The notes under the pieces were generated by a model. It was not told the DNA's origin, made no database searches, and saw only the letters and a program-made list of their open reading frames with translations. A DNA stretch of 32,684 bases from contig JAFVTI010000051.1 in the NCBI GenBank assembly GCA_017503325.1, positions 1-32,684 on the forward strand, given 5' to 3'. The DNA is from Clostridia bacterium. GTDB lineage: Bacteria; Bacillota; Clostridia; Oscillospirales; CAG-272. The translations under genes were made by a program, and so were the position numbers. Shown one piece after another: positions 7,947-16,467 of this stretch. Every line of letters begins with the position of its first letter. Position 1 is the first letter of the stretch.

Positions 7947-9044
7947 ATGGATTATGGATTCTATAATCCCTATCTCCTAAACAAACTTGATACCATCGAT
8001 GCCGAGGAGCTGATGGCAACGCCCTATGCTCCGAAGAACTTCATTGTGGCAGATATGCTCCCCGAAGGTCTGACCCTTCTTTGCGGTCCGTCCAAGATCG
8101 GCAAGTCGTGGTTTGTGCTTCAGCTTTGTCTTTGCGTGGCACTTGGAAGGATGTTTCTTGGTCACAACATTATCTCCTCTGACGTGCTCTATTTGGCACT
8201 TGAGGACACCTTCGCGAGAGTGAAGGATCGTGTTGCGAGACTAACCGAAGAGTGTCCGACCAATCTGCGCTTTGCCGTGCAAGCAGGTACGCTTGGCGGT
8301 GAGCTTGAGGAACAGCTTGTGAATCACAAAACACAATACCCCGACACAAAATTGGTCGTGATCGATACCTTGCAAAAGGTACGCGGCGCGAGTGACCCAA
8401 AGGCAGGAAGCCCTACTTACGGGAAGGACTATGCTGACATTGGCTCTCTTAAAAAGTTGGCTGATGATCTTGGCATTGCTATTGTACTCGTCCACCACCT
8501 TCGCAAGACGCAGGACAAGGATGATCCTTTCAACGAGATCTCCGGCACAACCGGTCTTATGGGTGCCGCCGATACGGTGCTGCTTCTCAAGAAGGTAAAT
8601 CGAGGAACAGACACGACCTTTCTGTATCTGACGGGCCGAGACATTGAGTTCCGAGCAATGGCGATTGAGTTCACAAATTGCTATTGGCGTCTCGATGAAG
8701 ATGTGCCGCCGCATGACGGAATTTGTTACCGCCCGCTGGCTCCCATTGTCAAAACCGTATGCGAGTATATCAAAGAGCACAAGCATTTTCGCGGAACGGC
8801 GAGCGAGCTACTTGCCCTCTTGGGTGAGGAGAACGTGAAGCCGAACGTGCTGACGAGAAGTCTTTCAACCGAGGCGTATGACTACCTACAGCAAGTGGGA
8901 ATTCTTTACGACTCGGGGCGAACGGGCAATGGTCGATGGCTTGAGCTGACGCTCAAACCGAGTGACGATAATGACGCAAATGACGAGAAAAATTCTCTCG
9001 AAGAAATACCGACACAATCGTCACTTACCGTCACAGATGGCTGA
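7947..9044 (+). CDS. RepA-like AAA_25 (RecA-fold) ATPase / putative replication or primase-helicase-associated protein
   Basis: Walker A LCGPSKIGKSW and Walker B VVIDTL; the family is typical of IME/ICE replication modules. Confidence 0.6.
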   Translation: MDYGFYNPYLLNKLDTIDAEELMATPYAPKNFIVADMLPEGLTLLCGPSKIGKSWFVLQLCLCVALGRMFLGHNIISSDVLYLALEDTFARVKDRVARLTEECPTNLRFAVQAGTLGGELEEQLVNHKTQYPDTKLVVIDTLQKVRGASDPKAGSPTYGKDYADIGSLKKLADDLGIAIVLVHHLRKTQDKDDPFNEISGTTGLMGAADTVLLLKKVNRGTDTTFLYLTGRDIEFRAMAIEFTNCYWRLDEDVPPHDGICYRPLAPIVKTVCEYIKEHKHFRGTASELLALLGEENVKPNVLTRSLSTEAYDYLQQVGILYDSGRTGNGRWLELTLKPSDDNDANDEKNSLEEIPTQSSLTVTDG

Positions 9045-9099
9045 TTTGGTACACAAATTTACACGGGGTGCAAGAGAACGAGAATGTGTTGTCTTGTAG

Positions 9100-9180
9100 T
9101 GTAACGAGCATAGGAAATGTACTGCATCCGTGTACTGCACGGAGCGTAATTTCCTGCGCATCCTCGCGGATACGATTGGG
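9100..9180. promoter_or_regulatory. Candidate oriT (nested inverted repeats plus GTACTGCA direct repeats) upstream of mobC
   Basis: AGGAAAT…ATTTCCT outer inverted repeat enclosing a CCGTGtactgCACGG hairpin. GTACTGCA occurs twice (9119-9126 and 9132-9139). The location immediately 5' of mobC/relaxase is canonical for an oriT. Confidence 0.35.
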
Positions 9181-9245
9181 GCTTAGCGCCCCTATAACCC
9201 CGCTGAGATGACGATATTATCAAGAAAGTTTAAGGAGAACATTCA

Positions 9246-9662
9246 ATGAAAAGTGTAAATAATTTTAGCAAAGAAATCAAAAAAGATCTCAAGGAAACAA
9301 ACAAAACTTCTACAGAAACTATCACGATCAGAGTAACGAGCGACGAGAAAAAACGCGTCAAAAGATTGGCGAAGGCATGCAAGCTTTCTCAAACGCAGCT
9401 TGTCAAAAAGTTAATTCAAGGTGCAGATCTCAAAGCAATTCCGCCTGCGGAAATTTACGAGATCGCCAAAGATCTTTCCGCAATTCGCGAATTTATTTTG
9501 GAATATTGTCTTGAGGGTGAGCCGGTTCGCGCTTACGTGGCGGCGATCGAAAGAATGATGAACACCTTCTTCGAACATTGCAAATTGTTTTACGACGAAG
9601 GAATTTTCGGCGCGGCGTTCGAGAAATATTATCGCGATCTTGATGAGCGCGAGGCGACTTGA
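9246..9662 (+). CDS. mobC: Mobilization relaxosome accessory protein MobC (RHH-type)
   Basis: RBS AAGGAGAA. ITIRVTSDEKKRVKRLAKACKLSQTQ matches the MobC family; the stop overlaps the relaxase start. Confidence 0.65.
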   Translation: MKSVNNFSKEIKKDLKETNKTSTETITIRVTSDEKKRVKRLAKACKLSQTQLVKKLIQGADLKAIPPAEIYEIAKDLSAIREFILEYCLEGEPVRAYVAAIERMMNTFFEHCKLFYDEGIFGAAFEKYYRDLDEREAT

Positions 9663-11137
9663 GCATGGCGACGACGAAAATTTGGAGGATCAAAGATTCG
9701 GTAAAACGCGTGATCGAGTACGCGCGCAATCCCGAAAAGACCGAGTTCAATGACCTTGCAAGAGAGCTTCATTATATCGCGGACGACAATAAAACCGAGT
9801 GGGTCGAGGATGAGAAAGTTTACCTTGTAAGCTCTATCAACTGTACGGGCGATCCATACGAGGCGATGATGAAGGTGCGCGAGCACTTCGGAGATCGCGG
9901 TTCTATTCTTGCCCATCACGCGTATCAAAGCTTCAAGCCGGGCGAGGTAACTCCCGAGCTGTGCCATAAGATCGGCGTCGAGCTTGCAGAGAAATTGTGG
10001 GGAGACAGATATCAGGTAGTGGTGGCAAGCCATCTTAACAGATCACACCTCCACAATCATTTTATTCTGAATCCGATTTCATTTATCGACGGCAAAAAGA
10101 TTGACAGCGGCTACACAAACTATTACAGTTTACGTGAAGCATCGGACGAGATTTGTCTCAAGTACGGACTATCGGTCATCAAAAACCCGAGAGGTCACAC
10201 GCCAAGAAACATCTATTTTGATGAGAAGGCGGGCAAGCCGACGCGGTATAATTTGATGCGCTGGGCAATCGACGAGGCAAGAAAGATCTCACCAACCTGG
10301 CAGGATTTTGTTATGCACCTGCAGGACAGAGGCTTTGAGTTTGACCGAAACGAGGGAGGAAAATATCCAAAGATCAAGCCGAAGAATGGAAAACAATGGA
10401 CGAGAATTTATAATCTTGGAGAGGATTATAGCCTCGCTTCCATCGACAAAACCATTGAAGCGAATTACTGGAAAGGGCTTTGCGGTTACGCTTCATACGT
10501 TGGTAAAGTCAAAAGCTACAACTTCCACAATCAAAAGCGCCCACCGAGGCAACATTGGTTGTACGCGCCTGAGCGAGACTATGGACCCTTACTCACGCTC
10601 GTGCTGACCTTTGTTTATCTCTTAGGAGGTCCCGATCTGATCACGCCAAACGATCCCGCGCCGAAGTGTCAGCCGATCACTCCCGAAATGCGAGAGGCGA
10701 CCCGCAAATGCGAAATGTATTCGCGCCAAGCAGTGCTGATGGGGCAAGAGGACATCAACACCAAAGAGGATGCAGACGCGTTTTTGGAGCGAACAGAACG
10801 TGAGCTGATGGCACTTGAGCGAAGAAGAAAGGACCTTTACAACCGCATTCGCCGTTGCAACGATCCCGAAATGAAGCTACAGGTGCAGGAAGAAATTCAC
10901 GCCATGTCGGCAGAAATGAAGCCTTTGCGGCGACAAATCTCCGACATCAAGAACGTGCTTGAACGATCGGGTGTGATGCGTGAAATGGTAGAAGCCGAGG
11001 AAAAGATGCGTCGTGAAAAGCTTGAGCGTGAGTATTTTCTCTATCCAAAAGAAAAAGCAGAACTCAAAAACACAATGCCGAAATCGTCCGAGCCGCAGGC
11101 AAAAGCCCCCGCGCGCAAGGATGATCGAGCCCGATAA
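9659..11137 (+). CDS. Relaxase/mobilization nuclease (MobA/VirD2-type)
   Basis: His-rich metal motif (HLNRSHLHNHF) and a coiled-coil C-terminus. Coupled to mobC. The likely real start is ATG 9665. Confidence 0.7.
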   Translation: MSMATTKIWRIKDSVKRVIEYARNPEKTEFNDLARELHYIADDNKTEWVEDEKVYLVSSINCTGDPYEAMMKVREHFGDRGSILAHHAYQSFKPGEVTPELCHKIGVELAEKLWGDRYQVVVASHLNRSHLHNHFILNPISFIDGKKIDSGYTNYYSLREASDEICLKYGLSVIKNPRGHTPRNIYFDEKAGKPTRYNLMRWAIDEARKISPTWQDFVMHLQDRGFEFDRNEGGKYPKIKPKNGKQWTRIYNLGEDYSLASIDKTIEANYWKGLCGYASYVGKVKSYNFHNQKRPPRQHWLYAPERDYGPLLTLVLTFVYLLGGPDLITPNDPAPKCQPITPEMREATRKCEMYSRQAVLMGQEDINTKEDADAFLERTERELMALERRRKDLYNRIRRCNDPEMKLQVQEEIHAMSAEMKPLRRQISDIKNVLERSGVMREMVEAEEKMRREKLEREYFLYPKEKAELKNTMPKSSEPQAKAPARKDDRAR

Positions 11138-11139
11138 CT

Positions 11140-11376
11140 TGTGTGCCATTGGCACATAGGTTGAACTTCCGCGCCAGCGGATGGGAAGTTGGCAACTTCT
11201 CCTCCGCTGGTGGAGAGGTTTCATCTTCAACTTGTGCACCGTTGGTGCAGAAGTGAAAATGATGCTCCACCGGAGCACAATTTATTCGTCTCCGTCGGAG
11301 ACACATTTCTTCGTGACATGATGGCACGAGGCTGAATAAGAAAATAACTTCGTCCCCACATGAGACGAAGTTTTTA
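11140..11376. repeat. Array of 7-8 consecutive short palindromes/hairpins, ending in an intrinsic-terminator-like hairpin (11348-11376)
   Basis: TGTGCCAtTGGCACA; AACTTCC…GGAAGTT; TCTCC…GGAGA; TGCACCgtTGGTGCA; GCTCCaccGGAGC; GTCTCCgtcGGAGAC; TCGTG…CACGA; CTTCGTCcccacatgaGACGAAGTTTTT. Confidence 0.5.
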
Positions 11377-11423
11377 ATAGATTTATTTGAACTCAAAAAG
11401 AAAACAAGCGCGGAATCGCACAT

Positions 11424-11452
11424 TTGACGGGAGAGAATTTTTCTTGTATAAT
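11424..11452 (+). promoter_or_regulatory. Sigma-A promoter of int
   Basis: TTGACG - 17 bp - TATAAT, then RBS AAAGGAG and ATG 11512. Confidence 0.55.
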
Positions 11453-11511
11453 GGAGCCACTCCAATAAAGAAACGTCCGAAATATGTGCAGAATGCAGAA
11501 AGGAGTTATTT

Positions 11512-12711
11512 ATGATTGCAGGACACCTGCGAGAAAAAGACGGACATTATTACTGTGTACTCAGCTACACCGATTACACAGGCGAACGAAAACAAATATG
11601 GAAATCCACGGGACTTCCCGTGAAAGGAAACAAGAAGCGCGCTGAGGAAATGCTATCGCATCTTCGCAAAACCTTTGTTGTGCCGAGGGCTCCCGCTGAC
11701 TATTTTGATTTTAGCGACAGAATGCTTTTCACCGATTTTATGCGGGCTTGGCTTGAGGTGGTACGAACCACGGTCGTGCCTACTACCTTCGGCGGCTATC
11801 AGACCACGGTGGAAAAGAAGTTCATTCCGTACTTTGAGAAAAAGAATCTGGCACTTGCCAACGTGCAAGCCAAGGATCTACAGACCTTCTATCTCCACGA
11901 GATGAAAACGCTGTCGGGAACAACGGTCAGACACGAACACGCGCTACTTCACAAGATCCTCAAGTACGCTTACCGAATGGATCTCATCCCAAACAATCCC
12001 GCCGACAAGGTTGACCCGCCACGCGCGGAGCGCTTTGAAGGCTCGGCGTACACCGAGGAGGAGCTTGCCTTGCTCATCGAAAAATCTTGGGATCACAAGC
12101 TGGGGCTTCTCATCTACATTACGGCTCTGTTGGGTCTGCGCAGAAGTGAGGTGCTCGGACTTCGGTGGAAAGCCATTGATTTTGAGGAGAACAGGATCAC
12201 CATCAACCACACGGTCACAGAGGCGCGTGTGGACGGCAAAACCGTTATCATTGCCTCCGACCGCACCAAGACCAAGTCGAGCTACAGAAGCTTTCCCATG
12301 TCGGACACGGTGAGAGAGAAGCTACTTGCTTGGCGCGAGGTGCAAAAGCGAAACCGCAAGATCTGCGGCAACAGCTACAACATGAAGGACATTGACTACG
12401 TCTTCACCGACGAGATGGGAAACCGCTTCAAGCCGCGCTACATCGAGGACGCTTTTCCAAAGATTCTGGAACGCAACGGGTTACGCAAGATCCGCTTTCA
12501 CGATCTGCGCCACACCTGCGCAAGTCTGATGCACAAAATGGGGCTTTCCCCCAAGGAAGTGCAGGACTATTTAGGGCATTCCACCGTGAGTGTAACTTTA
12601 AATATTTATACTCATTTGGACTGGAGCAGCAAGGAAAATGCCGCAAAAGCCATGGAAAACGCGGTAAAATTACCCGAAAATGTGCAAATCACGAGCAAAT
12701 GGGAGAGCTGA
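11512..12711 (+). CDS. int: Tyrosine site-specific integrase with an N-terminal arm-binding (AP2-like) domain
   Basis: C-terminal catalytic motifs (…LRRSEVLGLRW…, HDLRHTCAS…YLGHS…IYTH). The N-terminus resembles Arm-DNA-binding domains of ICE/Tn916-like integrases. Confidence 0.85.
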   Translation: MIAGHLREKDGHYYCVLSYTDYTGERKQIWKSTGLPVKGNKKRAEEMLSHLRKTFVVPRAPADYFDFSDRMLFTDFMRAWLEVVRTTVVPTTFGGYQTTVEKKFIPYFEKKNLALANVQAKDLQTFYLHEMKTLSGTTVRHEHALLHKILKYAYRMDLIPNNPADKVDPPRAERFEGSAYTEEELALLIEKSWDHKLGLLIYITALLGLRRSEVLGLRWKAIDFEENRITINHTVTEARVDGKTVIIASDRTKTKSSYRSFPMSDTVREKLLAWREVQKRNRKICGNSYNMKDIDYVFTDEMGNRFKPRYIEDAFPKILERNGLRKIRFHDLRHTCASLMHKMGLSPKEVQDYLGHSTVSVTLNIYTHLDWSSKENAAKAMENAVKLPENVQITSKWES

Positions 12712-12738
12712 AAAAGCCTTATGCCACAAGGCTTTTTC
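12712..12738 (+). terminator. int terminator, overlapping the candidate attR core
   Basis: AAAAGCCTTatgccacAAGGCTTTTT. Its 3' stem and T tract form the CTTTTTCGGGGG repeat (12732-12743). Confidence 0.55.
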
Positions 12739-12873
12739 GGGGGTCAGGAGAGAATTTTCGAGTTCTCTCCAAGGCGAAAATTCGGGGGGCTTAAAACAAA
12801 GAAAAAAGCACCTGATTTTTAGCGAATATCACTAAATTCAAGTGCTTTTTACTGCACAAAACTGTGCAAAATG

Positions 12874-12961
12874 TGGCGGAGGGTGTGGGATTCGAACCCA
12901 CGTGCCCAGAGGGCAAACGGTTTTCAAGACCGCCTCGTTATGACCACTTCGATAACCCTCC
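12874..12961 (-). tRNA. tRNA-Ser(UGA), class II with a long variable arm and encoded CCA
   Basis: Reverse complement folds as GGAGGGU / UA / 3-bp D stem / GCGGU-CUUGAAA-ACCGU (anticodon UGA) / variable arm GCCC…GGGC / GUGGG-UUCGAAU-CCCAC / ACCCUCC-G-CCA. Confidence 0.85.
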
Positions 12962-13099
12962 GTAGGGTATATTTAGCGAAATGCTCCGGAATTTGGAGAG
13001 AATTTCGCGAGAGAACTATGAAATTTTTGTATGATGGAAAATGCCGAAAACCCTTGATATTACAAGGATTTTGAGGGAACAAAAGGAACAGTTACGCGC

Positions 13100-13525
13100 G
13101 GGTTTTCAAGACCGCCTCGTTATGACCACTTCGATATCCCTCCGTATATGAACTGCCGTTCGGCAGATTTCATCGGATATTCAATTTTTTTAGAAATATT
13201 TTTAGAAATGCTGTTTTCGATTGCTTTCGGAGTGCCCGAAAAGTCAGTGTTTACAAGGCTTTTCTGCGTTTTTGCGACCGTTGTGCTCGCAAATTTTCAA
13301 GACCGCCTCGTTATGACCGCTTCGATAACCCTCCGTGTTGACTATTTAATTGTGCTTTTTCTGCGTTTTTTCTCGCCTTTAGAATTCTCGATAGAGATCA
13401 TTTTGGGCAAGTATTTTACCGTCTCGAAAACGGCGTGTTTTGAACCTCTTTTGGAGTTCTCCATCTTGCATCATCGCGCGGCTGTCAGACATTTCAAGAC
13501 TCGTGCCCGTTATGACCACTTGATT
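13100..13525 (-). repeat. Three degenerate direct copies of the 5' half of tRNA-Ser (anticodon loop to 5' end) at 13100-13143, 13294-13336 and 13490-13525
   Basis: GGTTTTCAAGACCGCCTCGTTATGACCACTTCGATA(A/T)CCCTCCG has 1 mismatch in copy 2 and 1 in copy 3; copy 4 is heavily decayed. The copies are in the same orientation as the tRNA, separated by 150-200 bp of AT-rich non-coding DNA. Confidence 0.8.
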
Positions 13526-13716
13526 TCAGCTTGCTGAAATATTGCCTCTCATACTCAACAAGGTGTATTATATCACAAACTTATGGATTTGGCAAGAGTT
13601 TTACTTGAATTTTTGATACGAATTGCTGTGATTTGAGTAATATATCCAAATCTTTCCGAATCAACAAATATCCGGCCAACTTTGCTGTTGCAACATCATC
13701 CATTCACCGTAATTAT

Positions 13717-13747
13717 AAGGGAGATCTTTACGATCTCCCTTTTTTGA
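13717..13747. terminator. Hairpin with T tract (terminator-like) between the repeat array and the 3' end of the rhamnosidase gene
   Basis: AAGGGAGATCtttacGATCTCCCTTTTTTG. Confidence 0.4.
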
Positions 13748-13753
13748 TTATAT

Positions 13754-15988
13754 TCAGATCTTACACGTATATCTTGCGCTTCCCTTTTCTTGCGCAAGCA
13801 CCTGTCCGTCGGGCAGAATGACCTCGCAGGGCATGTCGCAGCCCTCGGGCAGGGTGACGTCCAGTGTCAGCTCGCCGTCCTTCTTTTCCCAAGCAACAGA
13901 GATGATGCCCTTGGGCGTGGGCACGGTTCCCTTTGCCCAAGACAGATCAAAGCTATGCACGTGCGGCTTTACGCGCACCGATCCATAACCGTCCGCGGTG
14001 GGATACACACCAAGCACCATGGCCGAGAATTCATAAATAGGCGCAGAGCTCCAGCCGTGGCATTCGCTTCTGGGCGAATCGGGGTTCTCGCACCAGGTGG
14101 TGCAATGCCAGTCCAGCATGGTTTCCCAGCCCTGCAGCTGGCGCGCGGCATATTGATCGTAGCGGCCGGCAAGCTCCAGCGCACGGAACATATAGTAGCT
14201 CATGGAGAACGAGCAGATGGCCACGGGCACGTGTCCGTCAAACGTGCGGTCGATCAGCTCTCCCGCCTCCTTGCCGCTCACAGCCCCCGAAAGGATGGCC
14301 CACAGCGTGGTGTGCTGGCTATACTCCTTGGTGCTCGGCGTATTGCGGTACAGTCCGACCTCTTCGTCATAGCAATATTTCTTGACGTTGGCGATCATAC
14401 TTTGCGCTCTTTGTCTGTAATCCGCGGCCAGACCGGGTCTGCCTGTCGTATCGCACATCTCTGCAGCTGCATTGAGTGCTGCTGCGTACATCAGCGATGT
14501 GACCGTGATCGGCTCTTCTCTGCCGCCGTTCGGAACGCCGATCTCCCAGCCGGGCACCCAGTCCACGAAGTGCCAGTAAGGCGTCACGCCAACAAGTCCC
14601 TGCTTTGTCATATAGGGTTCAAAGCTTTCCAAAGCCTTATCCACCGTGCCGCTCATAGAGCGAACGCGGGCAATTGCCGCATCCGTTCCCCCCGCGTAGC
14701 GCAGATAATCACGCAGCATCAGCACCCAGAACAGGGTGAAATCGGGAATGATCTGCACCATGGTGGAGGGATAATTGGCCTGCAGCATGCCGTCCGCCAT
14801 TTGCGAATGTGCGAAATCGGTGATCGACTTGAAGGGCATACGGTCATCCGCGCTCATGCGCAGCGTAAACAGCATCTCCAGGGCGCTGTCCATGTCGTAT
14901 TGCTGCTGCTCATAGTAGGGGCAGTCCACGTACATCTCATGCATGCAGCAAAGCACGGTGTTGCGGGAAATCTCCCACATTTTGTTATATCGCTCGTTGG
15001 AGCAGGAGAACACGCCTGCCGCATCCAGCGGATAATGATAAAATGCATAGGAAAAATCGAGCAGCGCAAAATCGGGATCCTCAAACTCCACGCGTACAAA
15101 GCGGTATGCGCGATACCAGAAGGGCTCGAAGCTCTGCTCTTCCCCTGTTGCAATCAAAGAATCAAACGCACCGTCCATCTGTGCGGTGGGATGGTCATAC
15201 GCGTCGCGTACGTGCTTATAGCGATGCCCCGCCTCATCGGCCACGCTGTAGCTCTCCGCCCAGATAAGACGGATTTTGCTTCCCTTGCGTGCCTTGAATC
15301 TCATGCGGATCTTGGCGGTGGTATACACGCCCGCATCATATTCCGCAAAGTCACGCCCGCGTCTGACCTCTTTCATGGGGCGATAGGGCTCGGTTTCCAT
15401 TTGCGGGATGGCTCTTTCTCTGAGCACGTAAAGCTCACCCAAACCGAACTGATTAAAGCCCTTGTTCAAAAGACAGGGCTGATACCGCTCAACAACGGGA
15501 ACGGTGATACGCTGCGAGCCGCCCGACCACTGCTCAAAGGGCGGGATGGAAATATGCAGACCCGGCATATTGGAAAATGCGCACGCCTGCTCTTCTTGGC
15601 ACGTCCAGCTGTGATCCGTGCCGAGCGGGATGACCTCGTCGCCGATCTCCAGCTTGCCGTCAAACCAAAAGCCGGGGTGAGACCCACGGAACACCGAGAT
15701 AAAATACCCATCGGTCACGTACAGCACCTTGGCCTCCAGCTTGTTCTTGCCCTCAACCAGGTACTTGGTCAGATCCTCGGATTCATAGTAGGTCTGATAG
15801 GACGAGCCCTGACAAGGTCCTTCTACGGCAAGATGGCCGTTGATATACAGCGCATAGCGGCTGTCTCCGCTGCAGTTTGCCGTGAGCCTTGCACCCGCAG
15901 GGGCGTCAAATTCCTTGGTAAAATAAAAAAACTCGGGGGATGCGGGGCGACGGTCCGCGCAAATCCAAAAACTCATAAGTACCTCCAT
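13754..15988 (-). CDS. Alpha-L-rhamnosidase (GH78)
   Basis: 744 aa. The N-terminus matches the rhamnosidase N-domain (FWICADRRPASPEFFYF…YALYINGHLAVEGP) followed by an (alpha/alpha)6-barrel region. Upstream are RBS GGAGG and a TGGTATAAT promoter. Confidence 0.7.
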   Translation of the reverse strand: MEVLMSFWICADRRPASPEFFYFTKEFDAPAGARLTANCSGDSRYALYINGHLAVEGPCQGSSYQTYYESEDLTKYLVEGKNKLEAKVLYVTDGYFISVFRGSHPGFWFDGKLEIGDEVIPLGTDHSWTCQEEQACAFSNMPGLHISIPPFEQWSGGSQRITVPVVERYQPCLLNKGFNQFGLGELYVLRERAIPQMETEPYRPMKEVRRGRDFAEYDAGVYTTAKIRMRFKARKGSKIRLIWAESYSVADEAGHRYKHVRDAYDHPTAQMDGAFDSLIATGEEQSFEPFWYRAYRFVRVEFEDPDFALLDFSYAFYHYPLDAAGVFSCSNERYNKMWEISRNTVLCCMHEMYVDCPYYEQQQYDMDSALEMLFTLRMSADDRMPFKSITDFAHSQMADGMLQANYPSTMVQIIPDFTLFWVLMLRDYLRYAGGTDAAIARVRSMSGTVDKALESFEPYMTKQGLVGVTPYWHFVDWVPGWEIGVPNGGREEPITVTSLMYAAALNAAAEMCDTTGRPGLAADYRQRAQSMIANVKKYCYDEEVGLYRNTPSTKEYSQHTTLWAILSGAVSGKEAGELIDRTFDGHVPVAICSFSMSYYMFRALELAGRYDQYAARQLQGWETMLDWHCTTWCENPDSPRSECHGWSSAPIYEFSAMVLGVYPTADGYGSVRVKPHVHSFDLSWAKGTVPTPKGIISVAWEKKDGELTLDVTLPEGCDMPCEVILPDGQVLAQEKGSARYTCKI

Positions 15989-16011
15989 ACCGTTGTTTTT
16001 TGGTTGTCTTC

Positions 16012-16040
16012 ATTATACCACATCGAAACAAATTTGTCTA
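16012..16040 (-). promoter_or_regulatory. Promoter of the rhamnosidase gene
   Basis: Minus strand TAGACA - 17 bp - TGGTATAAT (extended -10). Confidence 0.45.
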
Positions 16041-16049
16041 TATGCGTAA

Positions 16050-16085
16050 ATAAAAAAGAGCAGCGATGGAACTGCTCTTTTATTC
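16050..16085 (-). terminator. Intrinsic terminator of mmcQ/yjbR
   Basis: AAGAGCAGttccatcgCTGCTCTT followed by TTTTTATTT on the minus strand. Confidence 0.55.
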
Positions 16086-16460
16086 GTTTCCCTTTTTATG
16101 CTTTTTCTTATCGCGGGTGGCTTCAAAGCTGACGCCGATCAGGAACTGCGCCACGTCCTCGGGGACATCGGGCAGCAGCACCGAGATCCAATGCAGCTTA
16201 TTCATATGATACGCGGGATACACGCCCACGTCTGCGCCAAACGATCCGAACATTTCGGTGGGAAGCTTGAGATTGACCACGTCAATCACCTCATCGCTTG
16301 CCTGTCCGAATTTCCTTCTCGACACGCGCATGGCAATCGCATACCATTTACGTGTGGCGGTATGCCGCATGACCGCTGTTTCAAAATCCTCTTCAAAGGG
16401 ATAATCCGGCAGCGTGCCAAAGGTCTCCCTGCAATATGTAAAAAACTCCTGCTTTGTCAT
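16080..16460 (-). CDS. MmcQ/YjbR-family DNA-binding protein
   Basis: MTKQEFFTYCRETFGTLPDYPFEEDFETAVMRH…WYAIAM is typical of the family. The ORF-track N-terminal extension is rejected. Confidence 0.6.
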   Translation of the reverse strand: MTKQEFFTYCRETFGTLPDYPFEEDFETAVMRHTATRKWYAIAMRVSRRKFGQASDEVIDVVNLKLPTEMFGSFGADVGVYPAYHMNKLHWISVLLPDVPEDVAQFLIGVSFEATRDKKKHKKGNE

Positions 16461-16467
16461 TTTTTCG

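Larger units (their letters stand above)
3851..12743 (+). mobile_element. Integrative mobilizable element (IME) of about 8.9 kb carrying int, an xis-like gene, a repA-like ATPase, mobC, a relaxase, a LexA-like repressor and cargo genes
   Basis: A complete integration and mobilization gene set, with no T4SS genes. It is bounded by an exact 12-bp direct repeat (CTTTTTCGGGGG) at 3851-3862 and 12732-12743. The integrase lies at the right end and arm-type direct repeats at the left end. Confidence 0.6.

Noticed and set aside
12874-12961. tRNA-Ser itself as the integration site of the current IME
   Set aside because: No copy of the tRNA 3' end exists at the far (left) boundary. The only shared boundary sequence is the 12-mer CTTTTTCGGGGG, about 130 bp downstream of the tRNA, so the element appears to use an intergenic site next to the tRNA.
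12874-13525. Regularly spaced repeats resembling a CRISPR array
   Set aside because: The repeat unit is the 5' half of the adjacent tRNA-Ser. Spacing is irregular (about 150-200 bp), the copies are increasingly degenerate, and there is no cas gene or leader. These are tRNA-derived repeats, not CRISPR.
13148-13537. 129-aa ORF spanning the tRNA-half repeats (also 12871-13074)
   Set aside because: It translates the repeated tRNA fragment (FQDRLVMT(A/T)SITLR). It has no RBS and is an artifact of the repeat.
13790-16132. 780-aa plus-strand ORF, and similar long antisense ORFs (2496-3725 minus, 18557-19723 plus, 20979-22028 plus, 23722-24630 plus, 29763-30779 plus, 31158-32123 plus, 17823-18701 plus)
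   Set aside because: They lie antisense to genes with strong family signatures (rhamnosidase, rtcB, murC, dagK-like, DUF4129, ABC permease, ABC ATPase, EEP). They are Arg/Ala/His-rich and low-complexity, lack an RBS, and are typical of GC-rich DNA.
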